From Candidatus Phycocordibacter aenigmaticus (GTDB taxonomy: Bacteria; Patescibacteriota; Minisyncoccia; Phycocordibacterales; Phycocordibacteraceae), in NCBI GenBank assembly GCA_045401115.1, contig CP174359.1:291247-355246 (forward strand): 64,000 nt of DNA, given 5' to 3'. Made by a program: the position numbers and the translations under genes. How positions within the stretch are numbered: the first letter of the stretch is position 1; each line of letters starts with the position of its first letter. The notes below the pieces were generated by a model. It did not search any database. It was given only the letters and a program-made list of their open reading frames with translations, and was not told where the DNA came from. Shown here piece by piece: positions 61,418-64,000 of this stretch.

Positions 61418-63076
61418 CTACAACTCGCAGGATTTTGTGGTGCTTCTATCAGTAAACTGAAATAGTGTTTTACATAATGTTTCGAAACTCATCGGCTTTT
61501 TAAAAACATGGTCTTCGCCCGGCATAGTCACTAGGTTAACTGGAACACCGGTGTAGGAGAGGAAGGTAGCGAGCCCCCGAGATTGTTCATAAGGAATTGT
61601 AGTGTCATTTTCACCGTGTACCAGCACTACTTTTTGGTCGGTGATATTGTCTGCATAATTGTATATCGAGGCGGTTCGATACAGTTCACGATTAGTGTCA
61701 TTTGCTGTGCCGTGGAATTGCACATTAAAAATAGAATTCCCTAGATTTTCAAGAAGTGTCATCCAGTCCATGACACCGTTTATGGAAAGCGCTCCGTCAA
61801 TAAGGTTAGGGTTATCAACTAATAGTTTAAGTGATAAGTAACCACCATAACTGTTTCCTACGACATACACTTTTTCGTAGTTGTTTCGTGCAGCAAAGTT
61901 GGCAATCGCAGCCGCACTTTTTTCAGCGTCGATAGTACCAATACCACCAGTTATCGATTCAGCAAAGAGTCGTCCAAAACCAAATGAGCCGGGGTAGTCG
62001 AGTTTCAGTATTCCCACATCTGCTCTACGTAACTTTTCAAGCATCCAGTCATACCCGCCGTAACTCCAATACGGGTGGTATTCTTCAGCGGCTTGTCGAT
62101 AGGGTCCACCGTGAAGCCAGATGACTAACGTATCTGATTGTCCGCTTTCTTCAAGTAAGAATATTCCCGTGAGTCCTTCGGTAAGTGTTTCAACCACCTG
62201 TCCCTGCGTGGTTACCGTATCCCACTTAGGTAATTGAAAGTACTCAAGTGTTTCTGTTCGAGTATTGTACAGCGCCGGTCTAAGTCCTTGTGCATCGTTC
62301 TGTGCGAACAAGAGTTTTTCTCCTTTCAGCCAGAGATTATCGGCGTACGAAACGTTATCTGCTATTTTCCGCAGATTGTATGTTGAGAGAGTAAGTTCAT
62401 AAAGTGCCCACGCATATGGATTGTCGCGGTTGGCGATATAAAAAATAGTATCGTTATCTTTCCATACAAGATCAACAACTGAGTATTCACGAGAGAATAG
62501 TCTTGTGCTTGGCAGTTCAGTTCCTTTTAACCCAAGCTGTGTCATATTTACTTCGTAGAGTGTTGAGTGATCTTTTGTGTCGCTTAAATAGAGAAGTGTT
62601 TTCGAGTCAGGTGAAAAGTGATAATAACGCAGTAAACCTTCTGAGAGTAAGTCCCAATACGCAACAGGTTCAGTCTTAGTATAGATAGACAAATCAGTCG
62701 TATCCATTACTCCAAACGTGTGCGCTCCGCGTGCTTGTGTTGCTGGGATATAAAAAGCAATGTATCGCCCATCTGGGGAGCGGTGCAAACTTGACGCGCC
62801 GCGCGGTAGCAATGCGCGATACGCGTTCATAAATATCGGTGTTTCTTTCGCTCCAGGCGAGAGAATGGACGTACCCTCATCAGTTTCATTGCACTTCAGG
62901 GTTATAAAAGAACACCGATAGGAAGTTTCTTTAGTGAAGGCAGTTCGCTGTATTAACACTTCAGTTTCCGAGTGTTGCTGCACTCGCGCATAGTCGATCT
63001 CGAGAGCGGCATACGTAGACATCGGGTTTACGAGAACTAAAAACGTCACGATAGGTATATAGAAAAGGAGGTGCAT
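61418..63076 (-). CDS. S9 family secreted peptidase (beta-propeller plus alpha/beta hydrolase)
   Basis: HGGP, GNSYGG, HGEND, EDH. Confidence 0.87.
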   Translation of the reverse strand: MHLLFYIPIVTFLVLVNPMSTYAALEIDYARVQQHSETEVLIQRTAFTKETSYRCSFITLKCNETDEGTSILSPGAKETPIFMNAYRALLPRGASSLHRSPDGRYIAFYIPATQARGAHTFGVMDTTDLSIYTKTEPVAYWDLLSEGLLRYYHFSPDSKTLLYLSDTKDHSTLYEVNMTQLGLKGTELPSTRLFSREYSVVDLVWKDNDTIFYIANRDNPYAWALYELTLSTYNLRKIADNVSYADNLWLKGEKLLFAQNDAQGLRPALYNTRTETLEYFQLPKWDTVTTQGQVVETLTEGLTGIFLLEESGQSDTLVIWLHGGPYRQAAEEYHPYWSYGGYDWMLEKLRRADVGILKLDYPGSFGFGRLFAESITGGIGTIDAEKSAAAIANFAARNNYEKVYVVGNSYGGYLSLKLLVDNPNLIDGALSINGVMDWMTLLENLGNSIFNVQFHGTANDTNRELYRTASIYNYADNITDQKVVLVHGENDTTIPYEQSRGLATFLSYTGVPVNLVTMPGEDHVFKKPMSFETLCKTLFQFTDRSTTKSCEL

Positions 63077-63164
63077 ATAAAGAATGAAGATGCTCTCTCA
63101 ATAGTATCATCGCTTTGAGTCGCTTTTGCCATTATAATGAACGTATTATAGAATAACGAGTATT

Positions 63165-63716
63165 ATGCAACACACATCACTTTTCCATCGAATTCAACAA
63201 GCAGAAGCCCCCGACACACTCTCACTGGTCGTAGAAATTAGTGAAGGTGACTATACCAAATATGAGTACAATCACGAGCTTGACGTACTTGAAGTCGATC
63301 GCGTTCTCTATGGTCCTATGTTTTATCCGGTTAATTATTGTGACGTTCCTGGTACATGGAACGAACACGATAAAGACCCGCTTGATGCGATGGTATTTAG
63401 TAGTACCCCAATTATTCCTGGCGCCATGGTTACCGGTCGCGTTATTGGTGGTATGGAAATGATTGATAATGGAGAGATTGATCACAAAATTATTTGTGTG
63501 AATGCTAAAGATCCACGTTTTGATCACGTACAAAAAATAGAAAACCTCACTCCATACCAGCGAAAAGATATCGTCACTTTTTTTGAACTCTACAAGATTC
63601 CACAAACAGGGAAGGATACAACAGAAGTCGGTAAGTTTATGGATAAAAAAGAGGCGGGAGTATTTATTAATGAGTGCATTGAGATGTATAAGAAAAAGTT
63701 CGCGGACATACTCTAA
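63165..63716 (+). CDS. ppa: inorganic pyrophosphatase (family I)
   Basis: KYEY, DRVL, YPVNY, DKDPLD, DNGEIDHK. Confidence 0.92.
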   Translation: MQHTSLFHRIQQAEAPDTLSLVVEISEGDYTKYEYNHELDVLEVDRVLYGPMFYPVNYCDVPGTWNEHDKDPLDAMVFSSTPIIPGAMVTGRVIGGMEMIDNGEIDHKIICVNAKDPRFDHVQKIENLTPYQRKDIVTFFELYKIPQTGKDTTEVGKFMDKKEAGVFINECIEMYKKKFADIL

Positions 63717-63735
63717 CTCCTTTGAAGTTCTTTTG

Positions 63736-64000
63736 ATGAATCAAGAATTCGACTCCCCTATCTCGATTTATTTTGAAAAACGTGTTCATGAATATGAAGA
63801 CGTTTTTTCATATTATTTCAGTGTTGCAGATGATTTCACTTTTAAGGCGGGACAGAATGTGCGCGTCGTAGTACCTCAGCTTGAGGGTGATGCGGCACGG
63901 AGAAGTCTCTCCATTGCTTCGTCGCCGACTGAATCACTATTGCAGTTCACACTTCATGTTGGTTCACACAGCGCATATAAAAAAGCGTTTATGAATCTAC
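63736..64000 (+). CDS. FAD-binding (FNR-type) oxidoreductase, truncated by the window end
   Basis: FTFKAGQN...RRSLSIASSP. Confidence 0.75.
   Translation, partial: MNQEFDSPISIYFEKRVHEYEDVFSYYFSVADDFTFKAGQNVRVVVPQLEGDAARRSLSIASSPTESLLQFTLHVGSHSAYKKAFMNL

Overview
The window looks like a Patescibacteria (CPR, probably Parcubacteria) chromosome segment in the standard genetic code; the taxonomy is inferred from gene content and compact organisation. It holds a type IV pilus/competence cluster (comF, split pilM, pilN/O/B/T/C/D, major and minor pilins), ligA-gatC-gatA, prfB-ftsE-ftsX-pyrG and six tRNA genes. Accessory blocks are a B12-dependent ribonucleotide reductase with its own putative B12 uptake and adenosylation genes, a membrane-anchored copper nitrite reductase, a copper/thiol/persulfide stress island after tRNA-Gln, and a Zur/ZIP locus. 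The most unusual signal is non-coding. Most tRNA loci carry short structured units built from that tRNA's own terminal sequence. 5'-side arrays occur at tRNA-Asp, tRNA-Thr(GGT) and tRNA-Gln, and two of them share an 89-nt covarying stem-loop at identical spacing. 3'-side units (Ser-like, Asp, Gln) carry an antisense copy and a direct copy of the tRNA 3' end plus a shared AGCGRAGCRAG motif. At tRNA-fMet a related 500-bp unit encodes a small GIY-YIG nuclease. tRNA-Thr(GGT) also contains a 194-nt group I intron. All alignments and coordinates were done by eye and no database search was run.
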